Shown here: piece by piece, positions 12,233-22,999 of the stretch
How the letters are laid out: each line of letters starts with the position of its first letter
Position numbering within the stretch: position 1 is the stretch's first letter
Source: Marsupella aquatica
Taxonomy: Eukaryota > Plantae > Marchantiophyta
Direction of reading: 5' to 3'
DNA length: 64,000 nt
Assembly (NCBI GenBank): GCA_973895155.1
Contig: OZ316894.1
Location: 10,509,874-10,573,873, forward strand
Notes under the pieces: model-generated
What the model saw: the letters and a program-made list of their open reading frames with translations, nothing else
What the model was told of the DNA's origin: nothing
Databases searched by the model: none
Made by a program: the position numbers and the translations under genes

Positions 12233-15200
12233 GTACACTTTAAGGGAATTCTCGCAAATTAAATAGCATGTAACTTATATGCTCATAATGAGAAGTTCTG
12301 ATTTAATTTAAGCAGTGTCATGTAAGTCGTGATCAAAATGATTGCAGCGTTAAAAAAGTTCCTAGAAGGCTTAAGGGGAGTTTTTGAAGGCATGTACCCA
12401 GGAACAAGTAATGAACAACGGTCATTCAGAGAGAGGAGACAAGAGAAATTGATCTAGTCACACCAAGGAGACGCAGAAGTGGCAGTGTGGGCTCGGGCAC
12501 TTCATCGGGAGGCCGGATCTGACTATAAGCTCGGAGGGATCAAGGGGAGATTGGCATCATAATGGGCAGTATGTTGCGAGCCGTCTCATGGAATGTGTGT
12601 GGGCTGTGTGAGCCCAACAGAAAGAATGCGGTGAAAAATTGGATTGAATCTCGGAAGGAAAGGTTGGACATTTTAACACTGCAAGAAATTAAAGCTGACC
12701 AGTTTAGGCTTGATATTGCGTTGAGAGTAATTCTGCCTGCGTATCAGTGTGTCACTTCAATCCCTGAGGAGGGACGGGGAGGCACTTCCCTTCTCATACA
12801 CCCTGCCATTAAAGTGGTAGCTTCAGGCATTGTGGATCTCGGGCGAGCAGCATGGGCATTAGTAGAGTTGGAAGAATGCAATTTTGGTGTAGTGAGCGTG
12901 TATGCTCCTAATTCCCCCAAAAGGAGGGCTATTCTTTGGAATGAATTAAAGCTGCTGCTGCCCCAAGCAAACTGGATTGTTTGTGGGGACTTTAATATGA
13001 CTGAGAGGCGGGTAGATTCTATTGGGAATTCTCCTTTTATCAGGGGCCGAGAAGCTGAGTTTTGGCGATTCTTTAAGGTGAGATTTAATTTGGTGGATGC
13101 AATACTCTTGAAGGGAGCAGCAAATGGGGCATGTTTTACCTGGCGCAGAAATAGGAACGGGAGCATGGTCCAATCCCGGCTGGACAGGTTCTATTTCAGT
13201 GATAATGGAGACTAGATCGAACAGCTGCTGAAGCTTGAGCATGACGGTGGTTCGGCCCTCTCGGATCATGACCCTATTGTGATTTGTGTGAGAATGGTTG
13301 ATGGTCTGCGGGGGGACTGCCCTCGGAAAAGGATTAGACTCTTTAAGGCAAATCCGGCACTATTACTGATTGATGGTACAGTGGAGGCTTTGCAAGCGGC
13401 ATGGTATGAAGGAAAAGGGGACTGCTCTGAACCAATACTGGCTTTTGACAAGGCTAGCAGGAACTTGAGACGAGTGTACATGGGGAAGCAGGCTTCACCC
13501 AAGAAGCAAGAGGAAGAGATGCTGCTATTGCGAAATCAGCTACGGGTGCTGAAGGTGGCGATTATGGAAGAGAGTTCAGAAAATGAACTGCAGGAGTACA
13601 TTGAAACGGAAGACCTATTACACGCAGCGGAACTAGAGGAGGCACATAGAGTAAGACGACTGGCAAGAATCAAGTGGCTGGGGGAGGGAGAGGAACCCTC
13701 TCAATTTTACTTCGCAACGGTAAAGGCAAAGCGGGAACGGGAGGCGATGAAGTACCTAATGTTAGAGGGAGGGACGGTGATCACAGATGCGGGGATGATA
13801 ATGAGAGAAGTTGAAAAGGTGTGCATTGAACTATATGCCCCCGCTGCTCCCACTACTCATGAGAGGGGAAATACTCTTAGGGAACGGGGCAAACTGCTGG
13901 AGCACACTTGGGCTTCTTTATCCACTGCGGAGACTGCAAGGCTGGAGGGGCTGCCAAGCGCTAAGGAAATCCAAGAGGTGCTTTGGGTACTCCCAAAAGA
14001 TAAAGCCCCTGGCCCGGATGGACTTTCGGTGGAGGTATACCAGGCGTGTTGGGAATTCATGAACGAGGATCTGGTCGCCATGGTACAAGAGTTCTGGCTG
14101 ACTGGGAAGCTGGCAAGTGGGATCAAGGAGGGGACGATTAAGTTCATACCCAAGAAGCCTGATAAGAGAATGCTGAAGGATTGGAGACCTTTAACTATGC
14201 TGAACACCATATACAAGCTGATTGCTAAAATATTGGCACTTCGATGAATCAGGATTCTGCCACAACTTATCAGCCCGCAGCAGACGGGCTTTATCCCGGG
14301 AGAAATATTTTGGAAAACATTTCGCTGGCCTGGTTAACCTTTGACTGGCTGAAAAATAGGAAGCATGAGGCACTATTTCTTAAGCTAGATTTTGAGAAGG
14401 CGTTCGATAGAGTAGATCATGATTACATATGGGAGACGATGCATCTGTTAGGCATAAGTAGCAATTTTATTAAATTGGTACAGGCACTGTTGTCGAATTC
14501 AACGTCAAGAATTTACCTAAATGGGATGGTATCCACTGAGATTGAACTTAAAAGGGGAGTCAGACAGGGCTGTCCCCTATCATCGCTCCTGTTTGTAATC
14601 TCCACGCAGCCACTAATGGACTTCATGGATGCAGAACTAGCTATGGGTAGACTTGCAGGGATACAGGTTTCTGAGGCACTTACAATTTGTTATCGTTTCT
14701 TCACGGATGATTTGGGGGTGTTTACGCCTGCCACGGAGAGGAATTTTCAACAGGTTACTGCAGTAATTGAGTGCTATGAAGCTGCCACGGGGGCCCGACT
14801 CAACTTGAGGAAATCGATAATAATCCCGGTTGTTCTGGGGGACATACCGAGATGGCTTAGGGACACGGGATGTATGATCAGTGGAAGGGGGGAGTTACAG
14901 AAATACCTTGGGGCTCCATTAGGCGTTGACTTGAAGATTGAGCAACTGCACACCTTTGTCCTGGACAAAATTGGACAGAGACTATCCTCATGGGCTAACA
15001 AGCTTTTGACATTCACAGGACTATTGCTGCTGGTGTGGCACATCCTACAGGCTATCCCGATTTATCACTCCATGTTCCTCAAGGCATCCTCTGGATTGGC
15101 GAGGAAAATGATGGCGCTGTGTAGAGACTTCTTATGGGGATATAATGCGGAGGGGGGACGGCGGGTGCCATTGGTATCTTGGGCCAGGCTGTCCCGCCCA

Positions 15201-16714
15201 CAGACTGAGGGGGGGTTGGGGATTAAGGACTTTAGGAGTCACTCGGATGCGCTGCTGGCTAAATGGTTCACTAGATCGCTTGATCACCCTGAGTCAGAAT
15301 GGGCTTGTATGTTTGCGGAAAATTTAAATCTGATCGGATGGACAAATTACAAAGTGGTAAGACAAAACAAATACTCTTTTCGGGACAAGATGTTACTCTG
15401 CAGTCCGGGGGCACTCCATGGATTGGCTTACACGGGAGGACTCTGGAAGGCATGGGATTTGCTGCGGTCAAATCTGATATTCTGTCCAACGGATAGGATA
15501 CCGGGGAGGTGGTCGGTTGGGGATGTACTCCGGTGCCTGAAGGGCTTTCAGTCTTGGAGCAACGCGGATATGGCTGCTACCACGGTGCTCTGTGGGAGAC
15601 TGGGTATAAGATGTATACAGGACCTCTGGTCGGAGGACAGACAGGAGTGGCAAAGGATAGAAGGACGATGGGAGCATTTGAGGGGACTCACACCTGAGCA
15701 CCTGACTCTAGGCAGGAATTTTATGGAGGCCTTGTATGAAATTGCACATTGTGAGTGGAGATATGAACCAGGACCCGATTGCTGGTGCTGGGCTGATAAT
15801 TCCGCCCCTTTGAAGTGCTTCAAGCTCCCCAATCGGAGGGCTTACCACCTACTTCGACCTGTGCTGGGGGATGCGCCCAGTCTGAATAGGACGTGGGGTA
15901 CAGGTAAGACTGAGATGGAATGGAATGTGTGTTGGGCAGGTATGTGGGCGGCAAGCATGTCACTGCGGGCCAAGACCTTCATGTGGAGAGTAATAGCTTC
16001 AGGGCTGTTTATTGGGGTGAGGGCGGTTAAGATCGGTCAAGAAAGTGGGGATTGCAAGCTATGCCCGGGAATACTTGAGTCCATTCCGCACTTATTTATG
16101 GATTGCCCACATGCACATAAATGTTGGGCTCTCTGTGCACAAGGCTTTGGGGGAATCTTTGCTGGATACACGGGGGGACTGATTGGGTTGGTGGATTCTG
16201 CAATTGGAAGGCGCCACAACAAGACTGTTATGATGGTAGTGCTTTTTCAGATGTTGTGGGCTTTGTGGCTGGGGCGGAATGAGCACATGTTCCAGGTTGA
16301 TGGGAGTAGGAAGTTAGACTTCAGATTCATATTGTCGGAAGCAGCGGATCATGTCTCTGCTATGTTAATTACATTGCCAGTTTGTAATCGGAAAACTCGA
16401 TTACTGAGGGCTAAGGAAATGATTAATAGGGAACGGATTGCATGGATGAGGCGTAGTGATGTATGGATCACTTCAGGATAGGACAATATGATCTGGGGGA
16501 ATTCTGGTAGGAAGACATGATGACAGCAGTAGCTGCTTGCCTGGCTGTTTGGCGGGGCTGTTCGCATATGTGGCTCTTGTGACCCGCCTTGGGGTCTGGG
16601 CCATCAGGTCTGGGTTACTTTTTGGCTCTTTTTGCTGTTTGGTGCTTGGAATTGTCTTTTGGTTCTGTCTGTGTCCTCTGCCACGGGGTTTTCGTGGCCA
16701 CCATTTAAAAAAAT
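12233..16714 (+). mobile_element. L1-clade LINE, 5'-truncated within ORF1, inserted in the CACTA
   Basis: 13-bp TSD ATACAAAATGTTG at 12220-12232 and 16715-16727. Short A tail 16707-16713. T-rich 3' UTR. Confidence 0.92.
12562..16481 (+). pseudogene. LINE ORF2: AP endonuclease, reverse transcriptase, C-terminal zinc finger
   Basis: SWNVCGL, LQE, VYAPN, GDFN, SRLDRF, SDHDPI, KAPGPDG, WRPLTMLN, LDFEKAFD, GVRQGCPLS, FTDD and CKLC...HLFMDC. In-frame stop at 13213-13215 and frameshift near 14245. Confidence 0.95.
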
Positions 16715-16832
16715 ATACAAAATGTTGTAAGGAAGCATCCTCTCCTAGAGAGGTCCTTCTTCTCAAAATTGGAATGTCTGCAATCTCCAAGGTATCCACA
16801 TCAGGTGCACTATGCATGTACATTATTCAGGT

Positions 16833-17513
16833 TCAAAGCCAAGAAATGTGATCTCTCATGGGAGTGTGCAAAGTAGGATCTATGGCATGGCGATGACAAT
16901 AGAAGATCCATCAATCAACACCATGTGCAGAGTGATGATAGATGTGTCTGTCACAAGCATAGCCTTTTGCTTGACACTCCTTCAAACAATGAAAGTGCCA
17001 CATGGTGGGACACCTAACACAGTGGACTATGTCCACCCAAAAATCTTCATCGTGCTGACCACATGCCTTGCACTTATGAAGTGGGCAAGCTGTGGCAAGA
17101 TTGGGCAAACATGAAACACAAAAGAACCTCACACAATATCTGTCAGGGCATTTCCTAACAAGTGGTGGAGCATCAACAGAGCCCTCATAAGACCCCAACT
17201 TCCCACACTGTGCACACTTAGCCTGCTTCTCCAAACAATCAGTGCACATCCAGCCTCCTTGGTGTGCTGACGGGAGGCCTACCCCTGGACAGTTGTTTTC
17301 TGCAACAAGGTCAGACTCCGGGTTGAGGTGGAAATGCCTCATGCAAGGGCCCTCACATATGGCTAAGCCCCAACCATCGTCACAAATGGCACAACAATGA
17401 GCTGCCTTTTGGAAAATCTGACTTGCGGATAAGTTACTACCATCTGGCCCAACTACACCTGTGTAGCTCATCTCTGTCCCCCGCTTCTTGGCTCGGATTT
17501 TAGGGCGTGCCAT
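16833..17513 (-). pseudogene. EDM2-type PHD-finger cluster cargo ORF (single internal TGA)
   Basis: CAICDDG..LAICEGPCMRHFH, C..C..K..KC..CGKLGS, CPLHKC..C and C.RCP..WH..CL. Past the TGA at 16911-16913 it reads WIFYCHRHAIDPTLHTPMRDHISW, matching the recalled EDM2 post-PHD motif LIYC..HEID..L.TP.RDH. Confidence 0.85.
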
Positions 17514-20500
17514 GCCTACGCATGAGACAGATAGTATAATTTAGCAGAGTGCACAGACAATTTAGCAGTGTACAAAAAGTACAGTGTAGCATATAGACTA
17601 GAGTGGCAATTGCTACTGCAATGAAATGTTCACACACAGATGCAGAGTAGACATACTTTTTGGTTTGTTGACCCCACACTAAAAACTGATCCCCTAGTAC
17701 AATAGCTCCACCTACACCTCAATTTTGTGGCTATGATTTACCAAAGGAGATCTGCAACAAGATTTAATGCATTTGAATCACATACAATAGTCGTGACATG
17801 TAAAACAGGCATTTTTTGAATAGGATTGGTATCAAGCAGTGTGATCAGGGTTGTAATTTATACATCCTAAATAGGCTATGATAGTGAATGAGACAAATAA
17901 GTTAGGCATAAATCACTTTTTCCAGGTTATCACATGGCCCATTAATTCCAGTCTTTGAAAGGAGACTTTTAAGTGAGCTTGCTAGCCTCTTAAATTAGGA
18001 TATTGTACTTAGTGCAGCCATAATAGGATAAGTTATGTACTGTTGACCCTAAACCCTGGACCCAAAATTGCTCATAATTCAAAATTTTAAGTAAATATCC
18101 TCTTTGTTCAAGTCAAAGTGTTAAGTTATAGGTCAATGGTCTCTGGTCTGTGCATGCGGTGTGACAAGTGGTCCTCTAGAGCGTGTGATCCAAACATGTG
18201 TAGACACCAAAGTGACCGGTGGTGGGGTCTGGGAGGGCAGGACAAGTGACATCGCCAGGCACACTACAGGATGGCGAGTGGTTCCAGATGATACATTGTG
18301 CTCTGTGAAAAAACCGACATCCAAGAGAACGGTCATCCAACTCTAGGCTAGAAGCCCTACAGGCAGGGCAATCATATTGGCAACTGTGCACACACCCTTG
18401 GGCCCTAATTTGTGGCGGGTCATGTACGAGAGACAAAAATACTAAGGATGTTGGGAAGGGTGGAGAAGCAGGTACAGGCCGGCTGTAGTTGTTCCTGGCA
18501 ACAACAGGGTACTCAAAGTACCATGCAAACTGGGCTGGAAGGATCCCAAGTTTGACATACTCAAGGCGCAACATCTCTGCCTTGCGTGCAAGCCGCACAT
18601 GTTCAACGTTGTGGGTCCTCACCATAAGTGCTGCTTTTGTGGAGATGACGTGTGTTCACGTCGTCTGATAAGCACCTTCGATCAACAAGGTGAGCAGGAG
18701 CTGTACTTGCCTCACCAACAGCAACCAACCTTAAATTATCAGTTCCCACTCACTGTGTCATTCCATTGGTTCCAGCTAGAGGTCACAGTATAAACATAGC
18801 ATGAAACACTCCTAATCAACTTGCTTACAAACTACAATATCCAGAAAGAGTGAAAGTCTCACCCTGCAGTGAGCAGTAGAGAGGTAGTTCACTGGATGTG
18901 TTGATGTGCAGTTAAACCTCCACTATTGCTTACTTCCGATGTATGCTGCTCAGAAGAAGACATCTTAGTAGTAGGAAATTGCAAATAATGGCCATAAGCA
19001 AACCGTGAGAGTTTGCAGAATGCTACGACAAGTAGGATTATGAAATTCAATTGTGAGCAAAGGGAAAATGTAGTCTTACTAATACTTCACCTTCTGACTG
19101 AATTCTAGAGGATATTTGAATTTCCAATTATAGCAGGATCAGAATGAGTGTGAGATAAATGCTTTCATTTCATATCGAAGCTCAACTGAGCAGGTCAAAG
19201 CGACAGTTGCAATGAAGGACACTATGTACATAGACACAATTAAGACAAGAATTCTTCAATCTATACTGGAATCAAGGTTGCACAACTTACCAGGAAAAAG
19301 GGGCAATTGGAGCAAGATCTCTGCAAGAAAGGGCACCCCCACAAAGAATGCTAAAAGATGTCAACCGCCCATAGCTGAAGGTAAACACTGTGAGCTTTTG
19401 AAAACAGACAAGGCTTGAGGGATTCATCCAATGTCCCACTTCAAGGCAAGACAAGACTATTCATCCATCACAGCAATGCTCAACAGGAATGAAACCAAGC
19501 AAAATTTGGTGACCTCGGCCAATGACAAGGCCAATGTAGTGAACAATCCTTGACCGATCAGGATATGGATTGGAATTACAATTAGTCAGCTCTTCTTCTT
19601 CTTTGTTTTCTAACTCTGGGGGAAATGAGCATGACCAGGGAATTCTCTGAGAAATAGAAGTGCACAGGGAAAATGAAATTGGCTCATTCAGCTGCACAAG
19701 ACCGACCATTGCAACATACTTGAGACAGTTGTTCCGCAATCCATAAAATACCCTGACTTACATGCAATCTGTGTAGTGCTTCTGTTGGCTGTCCTGCAGC
19801 TCACGGCAGTGCCGTTGGGATAGGGTAAGTGAATATTGCCATAGCTGAAGCACATTCAGCTTGCAGCAAGAAGTGAAGGAGCATGGCCAAAAGCAGAAAA
19901 GACAAACACTTGATTGTTCTTCCCTAATACACTGAAGAATTGGTGCAAAACTTGGGCAGTCAAAGGGGAGAGAGGGAGAGGGATTGAGAGACAGAGCTAA
20001 ACGCGTCTCTTGGCAACAGGAAACCATGACTCATGCACTAATAGAATGATTGGGTAGCATGGCAAAAGGAAAGACAAATTTCAAAATGACAACATGGCCC
20101 GCTTGAGCCCTTAATTTGACGGTGCTAGGTGTCCGTAAGATGACTGCCCGGAAGACAATCCGGACAACCTCATACGACAGACTGCTTTTCTAGTGTGAAG
20201 AAATACATGATTACAAGCAACACCACGCCTCATCCAAGCAGGGAATTGAAAATAGAACCATGTCATTCCTGTATTTGACAGTGTCCTCTGACATTGCACT
20301 GGATAGTTGTTATTCCATGTTGGTTGTCAACAGTTTGCTGGCTTGGCACAGCCTAGATAGAACAATAATATCCTGTACATGAATACAACAACATAAATCT
20401 GCATACAGCGATGGCCCGATCACTTGAGGCTTTCGAGCCCTCACAATGTCAGATGGTACCAGGATCTACAGGGGATGCTAAATGGCTTCTCTCAAATCAT

Positions 20501-21102
20501 GGAGTCTTGAATAACTCATATCCAGCGACAAACAAACTCAACAAATTCTGAATTCCTACCGAATCCAATCAGAATCGGCAATTTCAGCAGCTTTGACTGC
20601 CAAGACAAATCTTAATGAATTTCATTGTGTTGGGGTTTTCCATAACTCTTCAGCCATAGGGAGAATGTGTTGAACCTAATCTACCATTCAATCGGGCAAG
20701 CTGTATGCTACGGAGGTATGACATTGCTCAAAATAGGATGGACCAGAGGAGATGTGGCTACTATGCAGCCAGCTGAGAACAGAGCGGAGCGGATCTGCTT
20801 GAGCTCTGTTACTTGTTGTTTGGTTTTTGTGCATGAGTGTAAGGAGTGCGTGCGCAAGCCAGGGCCTATAGTAACCTTCAGCCTGTAGAGGCAATGAAAG
20901 TATTCAACAGACAACCCAACAAAACAATGTGGAACTAAAGTTGCTGGAAAAGGGATGAAAGAAGTGCACTTTGAGCTGCATGGCCGGGACTAACCTTTGG
21001 CTGATGACACTGATAACCAATGGCAGCACTATCAACTGCTTCCTCCTAAGAAATAACCGGCTCCCGATTCTACAACTGCTCTTTATGCTCCACGACCTCC
21101 TT

Positions 21103-21480
21103 CACAACTCCAATGTCCACCTTCCGCAGCAGCAACGATTGCCTCCCTGCTCAGCCTCCTTTCAATGCCTCCACGAGCTTAAGGACCCACTGCAGTCCAC
21201 CTTCCGCAATGGTCGCCTTCCACAGTGCCTTCACAACTCCAATGTCCACCTTCCGCAACAACAACGATTGCCTCCCTGCTCAGCCTTCTTTCAATGCCTC
21301 CATGAGCTTAAGGACCCACTACAGTCCACCTTCCGCAGTGGTCGCCTTCCACAACGCCTTCACAACTCCAATGTCCACCTTCCACAGTAGCAAACGATTG
21401 CCGCCCTGCTCACGCCTCCTTTGAATGCCTCCGCAACCTTAAGGACCCACTATAGTTAAACTTCCGCAGCAATCGCCTCA
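21103..21480. repeat. 129-bp tandem repeat, three copies (third degenerate)
   Basis: CACAACTCCAATGTCCACCTTCC starts at 21103, 21232 and 21361. Confidence 0.9.
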
Positions 21481-22999
21481 CCTTACGATAGACCTTGGCA
21501 CCCTAAACACCTTCCCAGATCATAGGTGCTCCCCTCAGCTAAACCCTCAGCGCCTCAGTGCCCAGATCACAACTCCTCTCGAACTGCAACTCGCTGAAAA
21601 CCTAAGCACTCAGGAGTGCCCTCGACAATGTTGCCATTGCGCTGCACATTGCCCTGCCGCACGACATTTCTCATAAGGAATGGAATAACCTAAGCACTCA
21701 GGACTTCCCTGGACATTGCCGTTGCGCTCCACATTGCCTTGCTGCACATCGTTTCTTGGTAGAAATAGAAAAATCTGGACCTCCAACACAATCTACAAAT
21801 CCTTTTGCAAGCAACTGGCCCTCTCCTCAGCAGGTCGCGATGGTAGCATGACTTTCTTGAAACAAATGGCAACACCAAGTCGCTTTGGGTGCAGCCACAA
21901 CACATCGGCGGTGTGGGTCAGGAGAAACGTGCAACAATGAGAGGCCACAAGAAAATGGGATCACTAAACCTCATTGTAGAGACGTTCCCACCAAGAGAAC
22001 ACGGAAAACCTTGCTCCGATCCCTAAACTCCCGATCCCACCAAGAGAACACAATAGGGCGGCTCAGATCGGAAGAAAGAGCCCTTGTGACTGTAAAACCC
22101 TTGGAACACTACGAAGCCCTGCAAAACCTCAACATTTGACATGCATTCGATGCTCTTCACTCACAACACTCACTAAACCAACACTTAGTGGGAGTAGTCA
22201 CGCTTACTCTTCACCCTGCCATGATCCGTTGAGATGAGCCGTTGAGTCTGCACCGTTGCGCACATGTAAGGGGTTTGTAGGATTGCCAAAATACCAAAAT
22301 ACTACATTAGGCCCTAAACAAGTCAGGTTAAATTTGGGCTCAGGGTTAGGGACAACTTTAAAGGAAACCCTTACCTACATGGCCATATTGGGTATGTTAT
22401 ACATTTATCTTGGCCTGGCAAACTTCAATAAAGTGGGATGTTGGTGAAGTAGAGTCGGCTGTGGTCGTCCAAATTATGCTAGCCCAATATGTGTGCACAT
22501 TTTTCTTGGCTAGGCAAACTTGAACAGAACGGGATGTTGGTGAAGCCAAGCACCCTAAATAGAAATTGTATATGTTGCCCATGCATAGCAAGGCCGATGA
22601 ATGAATTGAGCATAATAGCACTTACTATTTGGCAATCTGACCCATGCCCTTTTAGGGTGGAGGACAACAACGTCTCCTTGAGTCGAATCACTATGAACAC
22701 AATGAAGAGGGGGTTTAATCCAGTATGCAACCCCATGACCACCGCTGTCAACGTCCCCTAGAATTACCCTCCTCAGCATAAGTGGTCATTACCCATGATG
22801 TGCTAGACTATTCATCCTTCACAAAGTAGCAAGGTTACTTCTCATAGTCTTTTAGTGAACCATAAAACACTAATAGTCTTTTCTAGTTTTCAACAAAACC
22901 GGTGCAATGGGTGTGAGTCATTTTAAGTATGGAAAAAGGACTTAGTGGGCTTAGTCCTATAAGGTATGGTCTAAATTGCCCCGGTTTCTACTAGTGATT

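Larger units (their letters stand above)
2161..22996 (-). mobile_element. 20.8-kb CACTA (En/Spm) DNA transposon with cargo ORFs
   Basis: Begins CACTAGTA and ends TACTAGTG. TIRs ~30 bp (2161-2190 and 22968-22996). 3-bp TSD ATT at 2158-2160 and 22997-22999. Internal TnpD transposase. Confidence 0.96.

Noticed and set aside
20971-21424. Plus-strand repeat-containing ORFs as real genes
   Set aside because: Openness is explained by the 129-bp repeat. Opposite strand to all other element genes and no recognisable domain.
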